Shown here one piece after another: positions 10,074 through 19,650 of a stretch of DNA of 64,000 nucleotides; position 1 is the stretch's first letter; the number at the start of each line of letters is the position of its first letter. The DNA is from an uncultured Chloroflexia bacterium (GTDB lineage Bacteria; Chloroflexota; Limnocylindria; Limnocylindrales; CSP1-4). The stretch is from NCBI GenBank assembly GCA_963833225.1, contig CAWHXD010000017.1, forward strand, positions 96,001 to 160,000. Direction: 5' to 3'. The notes below the pieces were generated by a model, which was not told where the DNA came from, searched no databases, and saw only the letters and a program-made list of their open reading frames with translations. Position numbers and translations under genes: made by a program.

Positions 10074-10667
10074 CTACGCCGGCAGCCGGACCTCCACGAG
10101 CTCCTCGTAGCGCGGCGGCCCCCCGCCGAGGTGACTGCGGTACAGGATCACGCGTTCCGCCGTGAACGAGGTTCGCCAGCCGGCGACGGCCCGCTCCAGC
10201 TCTGCCGCCACGGCCCCCCCGTCGGAGATGGATGCGGAATCGAGGCGTGCCACCGTGAGATGGGGCCGGTACGGGCGCCCGTCGCGCGGCCAGCCCAGCG
10301 CCTCGAGGCTGGGGTCCACGGCCGCAGCCAGCGCACCCAGCGCCGCCGCCCCCTGCGCGATGCCCAGCCACAGCGCCCGGGGCTTGCGCAGGCCAGGGAA
10401 CACGCCCGAGCCCTCGAGCCTGACCTCGAAGGCCCGGACCCCGCTCCGCTGGACCGCGTCGTGGACCGTGAGCGCCACGTCCGGCACGAGGTCCGGCGGC
10501 GTGTCGCCGAGGAAGCGAACCGTGAGGTGGAGGTGCTCAAGGTGCACCCAGCGCGGCACCGCCCCCAGCGGACCCGCACGAACCCCGTCGATCAGCGCGT
10601 TGCACGCGGCCAGCGGCTCGGGCGGCAGCGGGACCGCCACGAACAGCCGGTGCGGCCTGTCAGTCAC
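10074..10667 (-). CDS. thpR: RNA 2',3'-cyclic phosphodiesterase (LigT/ThpR)
   Basis: RLFVAV and two 2H motifs, HLTVRFLG and PHLTVAR. Confidence 0.92.
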   Translation of the reverse strand: MTDRPHRLFVAVPLPPEPLAACNALIDGVRAGPLGAVPRWVHLEHLHLTVRFLGDTPPDLVPDVALTVHDAVQRSGVRAFEVRLEGSGVFPGLRKPRALWLGIAQGAAALGALAAAVDPSLEALGWPRDGRPYRPHLTVARLDSASISDGGAVAAELERAVAGWRTSFTAERVILYRSHLGGGPPRYEELVEVRLPA

Positions 10668-11178
10668 CCACTTCGCGGCGATACCGCTCACGATCGGCCC
10701 CGAGCACCTCGAGCGCGCGCTCCCGGTTGCGCCAGCCAAGCACGTCGACGTCCTTCTCCTCGAGCAGCTTGTAGGTGTTGAAGAAGTGCTCGATCTCGAC
10801 CAGGCGGTGCGGCCGCATCTGCTCCAGGCGCTCGATGTGCTGCTGGTGGGGATCCCCGATCGCGACGCACAGGGTCTTGAAGTCGAAACCCTTCTCGTCG
10901 CGCATCTCGAGGCCGCCGATCGGCCTTGCCCAGACGTGGCAGCCGGTGAACGTGGGCTCGTCGATGATCAGCAGCGCGTCGGTGTGATCGCCGTCATCGG
11001 CGCGCGTGCCCTCGATGAAGCCGTAGTCGAAGTTGTAGAACACGGCCGACGAGAGCACCCGGTCGAGTCGGAAGACGTGCGCCTGCTCGTCGTACTCGTA
11101 CTTGTTCCGCGATCCCCGCGGGATCTCCACGACGATCTCGACAACACCCGGGAAGCTGGCGGCATGGCGGTTGGTCAT
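10660..11178 (-). CDS. ppa: Inorganic pyrophosphatase (family I)
   Basis: EIPRGSRNKYE, YGFIEGT, DGDHTD, EIEHFFNTYKLLE. Confidence 0.95.
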   Translation of the reverse strand: MTNRHAASFPGVVEIVVEIPRGSRNKYEYDEQAHVFRLDRVLSSAVFYNFDYGFIEGTRADDGDHTDALLIIDEPTFTGCHVWARPIGGLEMRDEKGFDFKTLCVAIGDPHQQHIERLEQMRPHRLVEIEHFFNTYKLLEEKDVDVLGWRNRERALEVLGADRERYRREVGD

Positions 11179-11219
11179 GGCGCGAACTCTACGCCGGCGG
11201 GGTCCGCGGCGAGCGGACC

Positions 11220-12296
11220 CTAGTCGTTGTAGAGGCGCTCCTCGATCAGCTTCTCCTGCACCGTTCGACCGTTGGGGTCGAAGCAGGAGAACTCGAAGTG
11301 CTTCTCGAACTCCAGGTCCACCGCATCCTGACCGCCGCGGTTCTTCTCCACCGACACGATCACCCAGTCGCGGAAGCGCTGTGCCTGGTAGGGGTTGAAC
11401 TCGATGTTGACCTTGGCGACGATCTGGTACTTCTCGTTGAGGATCAGGATGATGTCCGCCTCGTAGTTGATCGCCGAGCTGCCACGCAGGTGGTAGTTGC
11501 GCAACCGCGATGCCTTGAGGCCTTCCTTGTCCGCGGCCACGATCGCGATCATCGGGACATCCTCGGACAGCGCGATGTCCTTGAGCCCGTTGATGACGTA
11601 GGTGACCTTCTCGGCCTCGTTGGGCGGCTCCGGAATCTGCGGGACCTTCTGCATGTAGTCCACCACGACCAACAGCCGCCGGTCGCCCGACAGCTCCCGG
11701 TGCTGCCGGATGAGCTGGCGCATGCCGTCGATCGTGCTCGCCGTCTGGGAGCCACGGAGCAGGAACAGGTTCTGGCCGTAGCGCGCGATCCGGTCCAACG
11801 ACGGGCGCAGGCGGGGGTTCGCAGCGAGCTGGGCGACGTCGCCCCCCTCGGCCATCCAGGTGCCGAGGATCTCCTTCCGCACGTCCTGGATCTTGATCGC
11901 CCCGGTCTTGTGGGGCAGGTGCGCGAGCGCCGACTCGGCGGCGATCAGACGATTGAGCAGGTAGAGCTCGTCGTGCTCGAAGCAGATGTAGAGCACGTTG
12001 GCCTGGCCGCCCGAGGCGACGTTGCGGGCCATCTGGAGGGCCATGGTGGTCTTGCCGGTCCCCTGCGCACCACCGATGAGCATCAGCTCACCCGGTCGCA
12101 GGCCGCCACCGATCGTCTTGTCCAGCGGCGTGTAGCCGAGGGGCACGGGCTGGTACTCCCCGACCGCGCCGCTCGCCACCTTGTCATTGAGATCGACCAG
12201 CACCTCGATGGCCGACCGGGGCGCCATGCTTCCGTTCGGGCCGTCAAGCCGCCACCTTGCGCGAGGCTCCGCGCCTTCCCCCGTCTCAGTCGTCAC
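11220..12296 (-). CDS. DnaB-like helicase C-terminal (RecA-fold) domain protein
   Basis: GAQGTGKTT, ICFE, VVVDYMQ, LRGSSAINYEADI, EKNRGG. No DnaB N-terminal domain. GTG start after GGGAGG. Confidence 0.85.
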   Translation of the reverse strand: MTTETGEGAEPRARWRLDGPNGSMAPRSAIEVLVDLNDKVASGAVGEYQPVPLGYTPLDKTIGGGLRPGELMLIGGAQGTGKTTMALQMARNVASGGQANVLYICFEHDELYLLNRLIAAESALAHLPHKTGAIKIQDVRKEILGTWMAEGGDVAQLAANPRLRPSLDRIARYGQNLFLLRGSQTASTIDGMRQLIRQHRELSGDRRLLVVVDYMQKVPQIPEPPNEAEKVTYVINGLKDIALSEDVPMIAIVAADKEGLKASRLRNYHLRGSSAINYEADIILILNEKYQIVAKVNIEFNPYQAQRFRDWVIVSVEKNRGGQDAVDLEFEKHFEFSCFDPNGRTVQEKLIEERLYND

Positions 12297-12432
12297 GTGT
12301 GTGCGTCCTCCCGCGATCCGATCCCGTCCGCGCATCCTAGCACTGGGCTGGGCGTGCGCTGCCACCCCGCGGGGCCAGCCTGACCCGCCGAAGGTACCGG
12401 CCCCGGGCCAGGCTGGCGGGCGCTGGGCCAGG

Positions 12433-13833
12433 CTAGCGGGGCAGCGTCGCGAGCTCGTCCCAGAGGCGCACGATGACACGGGTGCCCTGCTCGAAGTTGT
12501 CGAGGAGCAGGTACTCGTTGGGCGCGTGGGCGTTGCACGCCGGCTGCGTGAAGCCGAGCAGCACCACCGGCAGTCCCAGGCTGTGGTCGAACGCCGCTGT
12601 CACCGGGATCGAGCCGCCTTCCCGGATGTACACGGGCGGGACCCCGTGGACGGCCTCGATCGCCCGCGCGGCGGCCTGCGTCGCCGGATGGTCAAGGGGC
12701 GTCAGGGATGGCTCGCCTCCGTGGATCGAGGTGGTCCGTACGGTCACGCCCGGCGGCGCGATCTCCGCGACATGGTCCCGGAGCGCGGCGAACACCCTGG
12801 CGGGATCCTGGTTGGCGACCAGGCGGGTCGACACCTTGGCGTGGGCATGGGCGGGGATGATGGTCTTGGCGCCCTCACCCTGGAAGCCACCCCAGATGCC
12901 GTTGACGTCGAAGGTCGGGCGGGCGCCCTTGCGCTCGAGTGTCGTGAACCCCGTCTCCCCCACCAGGCTGCTCACGGGAATAGCCGCCCGGTAGGCCTCC
13001 TCGTCGAACGGGAGCGCCGCCATCGCCTCGCGCTCGGCGTCGGTGAGCGCCACCACGTCGTCGTAGAAGCCGGGGATCCGCACTCGCCCGTCCGGGCCCT
13101 TGAGCGCCGCGATGATCGTGGCCAGGGCATTGGCCGGGTTGGCCACGGTGCCGCCGTACATCCCCGAGTGCAGGTCGACCGGCGCCAGCTCGACATCGAT
13201 CTGGGCGTACATGATCCCGCGCAGGCCCACCGTGATCGCCGGCAGGTTGCCCTCGAAGTACCCGGTGTCGCTGATCAGGGCCGCGTCCGCCGCGAGGCGG
13301 TCGCGGTTGGCCTCGATCCAGGTGTACAGGCTGTCCGAGCCGAATTCCTCCTCCCCTTCGAACACGAAGGTGAGGTTGACCGCCGGTGCCCTGCCCACGG
13401 CCCGGAGCGCCTCGATGGCGGCGAGGTGCATCACCAGCTGGCCCTTGTCGTCGGCCACGCCACGACCCACGAACCGCCCATCCCGAAGGAACGGCTCCCA
13501 GGGCGCCGTCTCCCACAGCTCGATCGGATCAACCGGCTGCACGTCGTAGTGGCAGTAGACGAGGATCGTGGGCGCGCCCGGCGCCTCGTGGATCCGGCCG
13601 TACACGATGGGGTGGAGCTCGGTCCGCTCGACGGCAACGTCCGTGGCACCAACCCGCCGGAGGCGCTCGGCCACCCACTCTGCCGCAAGGACCATGTCCG
13701 TGGCATGCTCCGGCAGCGAGGACACGCTGGGGATGCGCGCGAACTCGAGCAGCGTCTCCGCACGCGCCCCGGCCGAGGCTGTCAGGGCCGCCTCGACGGC
13801 ATGATCGATGGGCGCGCCGGGCTGGTCCGTCAT
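12433..13833 (-). CDS. M20 family dipeptidase
   Basis: YCHYDVQP, GRGVADDKG, EGEEE, DLHSG, GGSIP, HAPNE. Confidence 0.92.
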   Translation of the reverse strand: MTDQPGAPIDHAVEAALTASAGARAETLLEFARIPSVSSLPEHATDMVLAAEWVAERLRRVGATDVAVERTELHPIVYGRIHEAPGAPTILVYCHYDVQPVDPIELWETAPWEPFLRDGRFVGRGVADDKGQLVMHLAAIEALRAVGRAPAVNLTFVFEGEEEFGSDSLYTWIEANRDRLAADAALISDTGYFEGNLPAITVGLRGIMYAQIDVELAPVDLHSGMYGGTVANPANALATIIAALKGPDGRVRIPGFYDDVVALTDAEREAMAALPFDEEAYRAAIPVSSLVGETGFTTLERKGARPTFDVNGIWGGFQGEGAKTIIPAHAHAKVSTRLVANQDPARVFAALRDHVAEIAPPGVTVRTTSIHGGEPSLTPLDHPATQAAARAIEAVHGVPPVYIREGGSIPVTAAFDHSLGLPVVLLGFTQPACNAHAPNEYLLLDNFEQGTRVIVRLWDELATLPR

Positions 13834-13920
13834 GGGGTCTCCTGGTGGCGGGAAGTCGCCCGTCGATCCTAGCGCGGGCGCGGGCCCGACCGCGGGCGTG
13901 GGGCGGCGGCCGGGCCGCAG

Positions 13921-13952
13921 AATTGAAGGGCGGACCCGGTCGGGTCCGCCCC
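13921..13952 (-). terminator. Likely intrinsic terminator after ftsH
   Basis: 11-bp stem AGGGCGGACCC/GGGTCCGCCCT (13927-13952) followed by TCAATT on the minus strand. Confidence 0.7.
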
Positions 13953-13975
13953 TGGCCGCTGGGAGCCGCTCCGGC

Positions 13976-15914
13976 TCAGGCCGGTTGCGGCGACGGGTTG
14001 GGCGCCGGGGCGGTGGGTCCGGTCGACGATCCCCCGTCCGTGCCCGGGGCGATCACGCGGGGGATCCCCGCCTGGCGCTCCGGCTTGGGCGGCAGGTCGT
14101 CGAAGATCTTCTCGAACTCCTGCGTGTCGACGGTCTCCTCGGCGATCAGCTTCTCGGCCAGGTGGTCGAGGCGATCGCGGTAGGACGTGAGCACCTCGGT
14201 CGCCCGGTCGTAGGCGCGGTCGATGATGGCTCGCACCTCTTCGTCGATGATCATCGCGACGTTGTCGCTGTAGTTGCGCTGCTCGCCGATCTCGCGGCCG
14301 AGGAACACGAGCTCGTCGCGCTTCCCGAACGAGAGCGGGCCCAGGCGGTCGCTCATGCCGAACTCGGTGACCATGCGCCGGGCGAGGTCGGTCGCCTTCT
14401 CGATGTCGTTGCTGGCACCGGTGGTCGTATCGCCGAACACCAGGCGCTCGGCGACGTTGCCCCCAAGCAGGCCCGCGATCTTGTCCTCGAACTCCGTCTT
14501 GGACTGCAGGTAGCGATCCTCGGTGGGCAGCGCCATCGTGTAGCCGAGCGCCATGCCGCGGCTGATCACGGTGACCTTGGCCACCGGATCGCACTTGGGC
14601 AGGATCCGCTGCACGACCGCGTGACCGCCCTCGTGATAGGCGATGATCCGCTTCTCCTCGTCGCTGATCACGCGGCTCTTGCGTTCCGGGCCCGCGACGA
14701 TGCGCTCGAGCGCCTCGCCGAAGTCGTTCATCCCGACGACCTTCTTGTTGCGCCGCGCGGCCAGGATCGCGGCCTCGTTGACGAGGTTCGCGAGGTCGGC
14801 GCCGGAGAAGCCCGGCGACTGCCGCGCGATCTCCTCGACCACGACGGTCTTGTCGAGCGGCTTGCCCTTGGTATGGACCTTGAGGATGGCCGTGCGGCCC
14901 CGCATGTCCGGGCGGTCGAGGATGACCTGGCGGTCGAACCGGCCGGGGCGCAGCAGCGCCGGGTCGAGGACGTCGGGCCGGTTGGTCGCGGCCACGACGA
15001 TCACGTTGGTGTTGGTGTCGAAGCCGTCCATCTCGACGAGGATCTGGTTGAGCGTCTGCTCGCGCTCGTCGTGCGACCCACCGAGGCCGGCGCCGCGCTG
15101 GCGGCCGACGGCGTCGATCTCGTCCACGAACACGATGCACGGACTGTTGCGCTTGGCCTGATCGAACAGGTCGCGCACGCGGCTGGCGCCGACACCCACG
15201 AACATCTCGACGAACTCGGAGCCGGAGATGCTGAAGAACGGCACCCCGGCCTCACCGGCGACGGCACGCGCCATCAGGGTCTTGCCGGTTCCGGGCGGGC
15301 CCACGAGGAGCACGCCGCGCGGGATCCGGGCGCCGAGCGAGTTGAACTTCTCCGGGAATTTGAGGAACTCCACGACCTCCTGGAGCTCCGTCTTGGCCTC
15401 GTCGACGCCGGCGACGTCCGCGAACGTGACCACCGTCTTGTTGCCGAGGAACATCCGGGCCCGGCTCTTGCCGAACGACATCGCCTGGTTGTTGGTGCCC
15501 TGGGCCTGGCGCATCATGAAGAAGATGAATCCGCCGATCACCAGCAGCGGCAGCAGGCCGGTGAGCAGCAGCCCGATCCACGAGCTGTCAGCGGTCGGCT
15601 TGCGCTGGTAGGCCGTGGTCGGCCAGCTCACGGCCCCCACGGGCAGCCGCCTGCTCCATGTCGGTGGCGACATTGGTGAAGATCGGGTTGGGGACCAGCA
15701 CGGTGTAGGTCCCGCCACCGGTCAGGGTGATCGTGACCGACTCACCGTCCTGGACAGCGGTGGTGACCTTGCCACTCTCGACATCCGCCATGAACTGGAG
15801 GTAGCCCTGCGTGGTTGGCGGGGTCGACGACTGGACCCACGTGTAGAGCAACGCGACCGTGCCCGCCACGAGGACGAGCATCACGATCCCGTTGCGAAGG
15901 AACTTTGCGTTCAA
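13976..15914 (-). CDS. ftsH: ATP-dependent zinc metalloprotease FtsH (frameshift near 15622)
   Basis: [11 protein letters not shown] motif [24 protein letters not shown]. The N-terminal TM segment is in the 15588..15914 frame. Confidence 0.95.
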
Positions 15915-16109
15915 ACGGAGCGCCTCCGAGTCCGACGAGCCGGCGGGGAGCGCCGGGTGTTGAGGGAGTATACCCGCGGGTTCGTTCGTGGCCGGTCAAC
16001 CGGCCCGGCTCCCGCCGTTGCCATGGATACGCTCCAGCATCGCGGATGGATGGGCTCGATCCGGTGTCCGGCGGGTTCAGGATTCGCCACACTTCCGGCA
16101 GGACATGCG

Positions 16110-16134
16110 AAACGCCCAGGCTGGACCTGGGCGT
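16110..16134 (-). terminator. Terminator hairpin downstream of the tRNA
   Basis: ACGCCCAGG-TCCAG-CCTGGGCGT-TT on the minus strand. Confidence 0.65.
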
Positions 16135-16149
16135 CGCGTGATGGTCGAT

Positions 16150-16224
16150 TGGTAGCGGAGGGCGGATTTGAACCACCGACCAAGGGCTTATGAGTCCCCT
16201 GCTCTACCACTGAGCTACTCCGCC
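16150..16224 (-). tRNA. tRNA with CAT anticodon (elongator Met, or possibly Ile2)
   Basis: GGCGGAGTAGCTCAGTGGTAGAGCAGGGGACTCATAAGCCCTTGGTCGGTGGTTCAAATCCGCCCTCCGCTACCA folds as a cloverleaf with encoded CCA. TAAAAT -10 lies upstream. Confidence 0.96.
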
Positions 16225-16354
16225 GTGATACCGCGGATTTTAGCGATCCCGTCACGACCAGTCCAATGAGGCGACGGCGCAGTTCGGGGGTGGCGGAACG
16301 ACCGTGCACCCACCAGAATGGCGGCGCCACGTGACACCGACACGGGAGGGTTCA

Positions 16355-17482
16355 ATGACCAGCGACGCACCGGGAGCCAATCAGCCCGGCTCCGGGCCGC
16401 CCCCCGAGCCCGAACCTGGGGCACCCACGGCCGGCCAATGGCCCGCAGAGCTCGTGCCGCCGGCAACCGCCCCCGGCCCTGCTCCAGCCGCCGCGCCAGC
16501 TCCTGCGGCCCCGGGACCTGCGCCAGCCGCGCCGGCCGCCGCGCCTTCGGCCGGCGCCTCCTCCGGGACCTGGGGCACCACCCCGACCTCGGGCAGCTGG
16601 GGTGCGGCCCCTGCACCCGGGACCCCGTCCGTGCCCGCACCCGCTGCGCCTCCCGTGGCCCAGGCTCCCGCGTCACAACCCGGCCAGTGGGGCGCCGCGG
16701 CCACGCCACCCCCCACCGGAGGCGGCTGGGGGGCACCGCCCGCCCCGGCGCCCGGCCAACCCGGTGATCAATGGGGAGCCCCACCGGCACAGCCGGGAGG
16801 CTGGGCACCCGGGCCTGGCGCACCGGGCGGGCCGCCGCCCGGCGGCTGGGCACCTGCGCCCGCCAAATCGGGCAACGGATGCCTCAAGGCGTGCCTGATC
16901 GTGGGCGCGATCCTCGTGGTCGTCGCCATCATCGGCTTCCTCGCCCTGGGCGCCTTCTTCAAGCAGTTCGTGTCGGACATGGGGATCGACAGCAATGGCA
17001 ACCTGAGGACCTGCGAGCTGATCTCGCAGGGTGACGTGGAGAGCATCCTCGGCAGCGATGCGCAGGCCACGCCATTGGGCGGCTTCGTCGACAACACGAT
17101 CGGCCAGCTGCTTGACAATCGGATCCTGCCCAACGCCCCGGACTGCTGGCTCATCTCCGGCTCCAGCTCCTCGGTGACCGGGCGCCTGGCACAGCAGGAC
17201 GGAAACGCGTCGAGCACCTTTGCCGACGCGAAGCGGCAGGCCCAGGCCGGAGGCTACTTCGCCGATGACGTGAGCTTCGGCGACGAGGCGTTCTGCACCG
17301 CCATGACCGACGTCGGCTCGTTCGGCATCCTCGTCCGTCGCGGCGACAGCCTTGCCTATGTGAGCCTCCTGGACGCCGCGGCCATGGAGGCCCAGAACTT
17401 CGATATCGGCCCCGACGGCCAGCTGGTCTCACCGCAGACCTGCGACCTCGCGGGCCGGATCGCGGAGGCGGTCCTGCGTTAG
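16355..17482 (+). CDS. Bitopic membrane protein with Pro/Gly/Trp-rich N-terminus and Cys-containing C-terminal domain
   Basis: GGGAGG RBS, low-complexity GxW repeats, TM segment CLIVGAILVVVAIIGFLALG, then a globular tail. Confidence 0.8.
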   Translation: MTSDAPGANQPGSGPPPEPEPGAPTAGQWPAELVPPATAPGPAPAAAPAPAAPGPAPAAPAAAPSAGASSGTWGTTPTSGSWGAAPAPGTPSVPAPAAPPVAQAPASQPGQWGAAATPPPTGGGWGAPPAPAPGQPGDQWGAPPAQPGGWAPGPGAPGGPPPGGWAPAPAKSGNGCLKACLIVGAILVVVAIIGFLALGAFFKQFVSDMGIDSNGNLRTCELISQGDVESILGSDAQATPLGGFVDNTIGQLLDNRILPNAPDCWLISGSSSSVTGRLAQQDGNASSTFADAKRQAQAGGYFADDVSFGDEAFCTAMTDVGSFGILVRRGDSLAYVSLLDAAAMEAQNFDIGPDGQLVSPQTCDLAGRIAEAVLR

Positions 17483-17507
17483 CGCCCGACACCGCACCCC
17501 GCAACTC

Positions 17508-17533
17508 GAAGGGCGGCCTCGCGGCCGCCCTTC
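17508..17533. terminator. Hairpin between convergent genes (probable bidirectional terminator)
   Basis: GAAGGGCGGCC-TCGC-GGCCGCCCTTC, a perfect 11-bp stem. Confidence 0.7.
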
Positions 17534-17565
17534 CTGCTGTCCAGTCCCGGAGACGCGACGCGCAG

Positions 17566-19650
17566 CTAACGGCTCGCAGCGCCCCCCTGCCGCTCGTTGT
17601 AGGCATCGAGGAGCATCCCGATCGTGACGTCGCCGTAGCGGGACGAGAGCTCGTCGCGCGCGGCGCCCCACAGGACCCGCAACGAGCGGGGCCCGCTGCG
17701 GTCGAGGTCCCGGAGGCGCGTGCCGCCGAAGCGCTCGATCCCCGGGATGCGGCTCAGCTCCTGGGCCAGGCGCGTCGCGGACGCGCTGAGCGTCGACGAC
17801 TCGTCGAGGCCGACGGCCGCGGCAGCGGCGACGGCCGCGGCACGCCGCTTGTCACCTGGCCGCATGTCGGTCACCGGGGGCAGGGGCGGCATCGGCGACG
17901 TGAACCCACCGAGGGCGTCCGCAGCCGGGGCCTGGGCGCGCGCCGTGGCGGCATCGAGGGCCTTCGACGCCTTGGCAAACCGCTCCTCGGGCGTGGGCTC
18001 GTGCACGGCTTCGGGAGCCGGCGCGGGCGCGGCGGCGGGCGACGGTGCCGTTACCGCGGGTGCGGCGGACGCGGCCGACGCGCCGCTGGCAGACGAGCTC
18101 GAGGCCGCACCCCCGCCGGCCGGTGCCGGCCCGGAGCCCTTGGGCCGGGCCCCACCGGAACCACCGGCCCCACCGGAGCCACCGGATCCCTCGTCGGGCT
18201 TCCGCTTTGGCCGGTCCGGGGTCACGGGCTTCGCCGGGCCGGAGCTCGCACCGCCACCCATCGCCGACGTGAGGAGCTCCGGGATGTCGATCCCGGTGAG
18301 GCCCTTGACCGTGGTCGAGGCCTCGGCAAGCGTCCGGGTGGTGGTCTTGACGATGTCGGATGCGCCCTCGCTCGAGAGGACGGTGAGGTTGTCGATCTGG
18401 CTGAGCGGCTCCGCGGCGGCCCGCACGATCTCGGGCAGCATGGACAGGACGGTCGAGATGATCGCCGCATCGTTGAACTGGCGGTAGGCCTCGGCGCGGA
18501 GGGCAAGGGCCTTTGCCTCGGCCTCGCCCTTGGTGAACACGATCCCGGCCTCGGCGTTGCCCTCGAGGGTCGTCTGCTTGGCGATCGCCTCGGCGTTGAC
18601 CAGCGTGACGCGGGCCTGGGCCTCGCCCTTGGTGACGTTGACGGAGGCCTCGGCCTGGCCGGCCAGCTTGACGCGCTCGGCGTCGGCCTGTGCCTGGGCG
18701 ATCCGGGCGCCCTTGTCGCCCTCGGCCCGCCGGACCTGGGCCTCGGCCTCGGCCTCGGCCGGCCGGATGGTGCTGGCGATCAGCTCCTTCTGCGTGCGGT
18801 CCGCCTCGAGCTGGGCCAGCTCGGTCTGGCGGCGGACCACCTCCTGCTGGGCCTCGGCCTGGGCCAGCGGCCCGGACTGGGACGCCTTGGCCTCGGCGGC
18901 CTGGGTCACCGCGACGACCTCGGCCTGGCGGAGCGAGACGTCCCGCTGGGCGTTGAGCTTGACCTGCTGGGCCTCTGCCTCGCGGACGGCGGCCTCCTGG
19001 TCGGCGGTCGCCTTGGCCATCCGGGCGTCCCGCTCGCGGCGGGCCGTCTCCTGCTGGCCGATGAGGTCCATGTAGCCGACCTCGTCGCGGATCGCCTGGA
19101 TCGTGAAGTTGTCGATCGCCAGGCCGGACGTGGCCAGGTCGGCCTTGGCCGCCCCCTGGACCTCCTGCTGGAACTTCTGGCGGTCGTAGTTGAGCTCCTC
19201 GACCGTCAGGGTCCCGACGATCGACCGGAGCGACCCCTCGAGCACGTTCTTCACGATGGAGTCGAGCAGCGTCTCCTCGCCCAGGAACCGCTCGGCGGCG
19301 TTCCGGATGGACTCGTCGTCGCTGCCGATCTTCACGGTCGCCACGCCCTGGACGGCAACCTTGATTCCCTGCTTGGTGACGGCGTCCCCGAGCGCCACGT
19401 TGATCTGGCGCGCGCTGAGGTTGACCTTCCCCAGCTTGTGGACCAGGGGCAGCACGATCACGCGCCCGGCACGAACCACCTTGAGCTGCGTGGGCGCGCC
19501 GCCCCAGACGCCGCCGGTGCGCACCAGCGCCTCGTTCGCTCCCGCGACCTTGACCCGGCTGGTCGCGTACGCGAACAGCAGGGCGATGATGATGATCGGG
19601 ACGATGACCGCGACGACGCTCGGTCCCAGGATGTTCAGAATGTCAGGCAT
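17566..19650 (-). CDS. Flotillin family protein (FloT-like) with C-terminal extension
   Basis: TM, SPFH domain (AAERFLG, LEGSLRSIVG), EA-rich coiled coil (KGEAEAKALALRAEAY). Confidence 0.92.
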   Translation of the reverse strand: MPDILNILGPSVVAVIVPIIIIALLFAYATSRVKVAGANEALVRTGGVWGGAPTQLKVVRAGRVIVLPLVHKLGKVNLSARQINVALGDAVTKQGIKVAVQGVATVKIGSDDESIRNAAERFLGEETLLDSIVKNVLEGSLRSIVGTLTVEELNYDRQKFQQEVQGAAKADLATSGLAIDNFTIQAIRDEVGYMDLIGQQETARRERDARMAKATADQEAAVREAEAQQVKLNAQRDVSLRQAEVVAVTQAAEAKASQSGPLAQAEAQQEVVRRQTELAQLEADRTQKELIASTIRPAEAEAEAQVRRAEGDKGARIAQAQADAERVKLAGQAEASVNVTKGEAQARVTLVNAEAIAKQTTLEGNAEAGIVFTKGEAEAKALALRAEAYRQFNDAAIISTVLSMLPEIVRAAAEPLSQIDNLTVLSSEGASDIVKTTTRTLAEASTTVKGLTGIDIPELLTSAMGGGASSGPAKPVTPDRPKRKPDEGSGGSGGAGGSGGARPKGSGPAPAGGGAASSSSASGASAASAAPAVTAPSPAAAPAPAPEAVHEPTPEERFAKASKALDAATARAQAPAADALGGFTSPMPPLPPVTDMRPGDKRRAAAVAAAAAVGLDESSTLSASATRLAQELSRIPGIERFGGTRLRDLDRSGPRSLRVLWGAARDELSSRYGDVTIGMLLDAYNERQGGAASR

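Noticed and set aside
15915-16150. tRNA-anchored genomic island
   Set aside because: No integrase and no duplicated tRNA 3' end were seen. ftsH follows directly.
18500-19050. Repetitive GCCTCG/GGCCTC DNA as a repeat array
   Set aside because: It is explained by Ala-Glu codons in the flotillin coiled coil.
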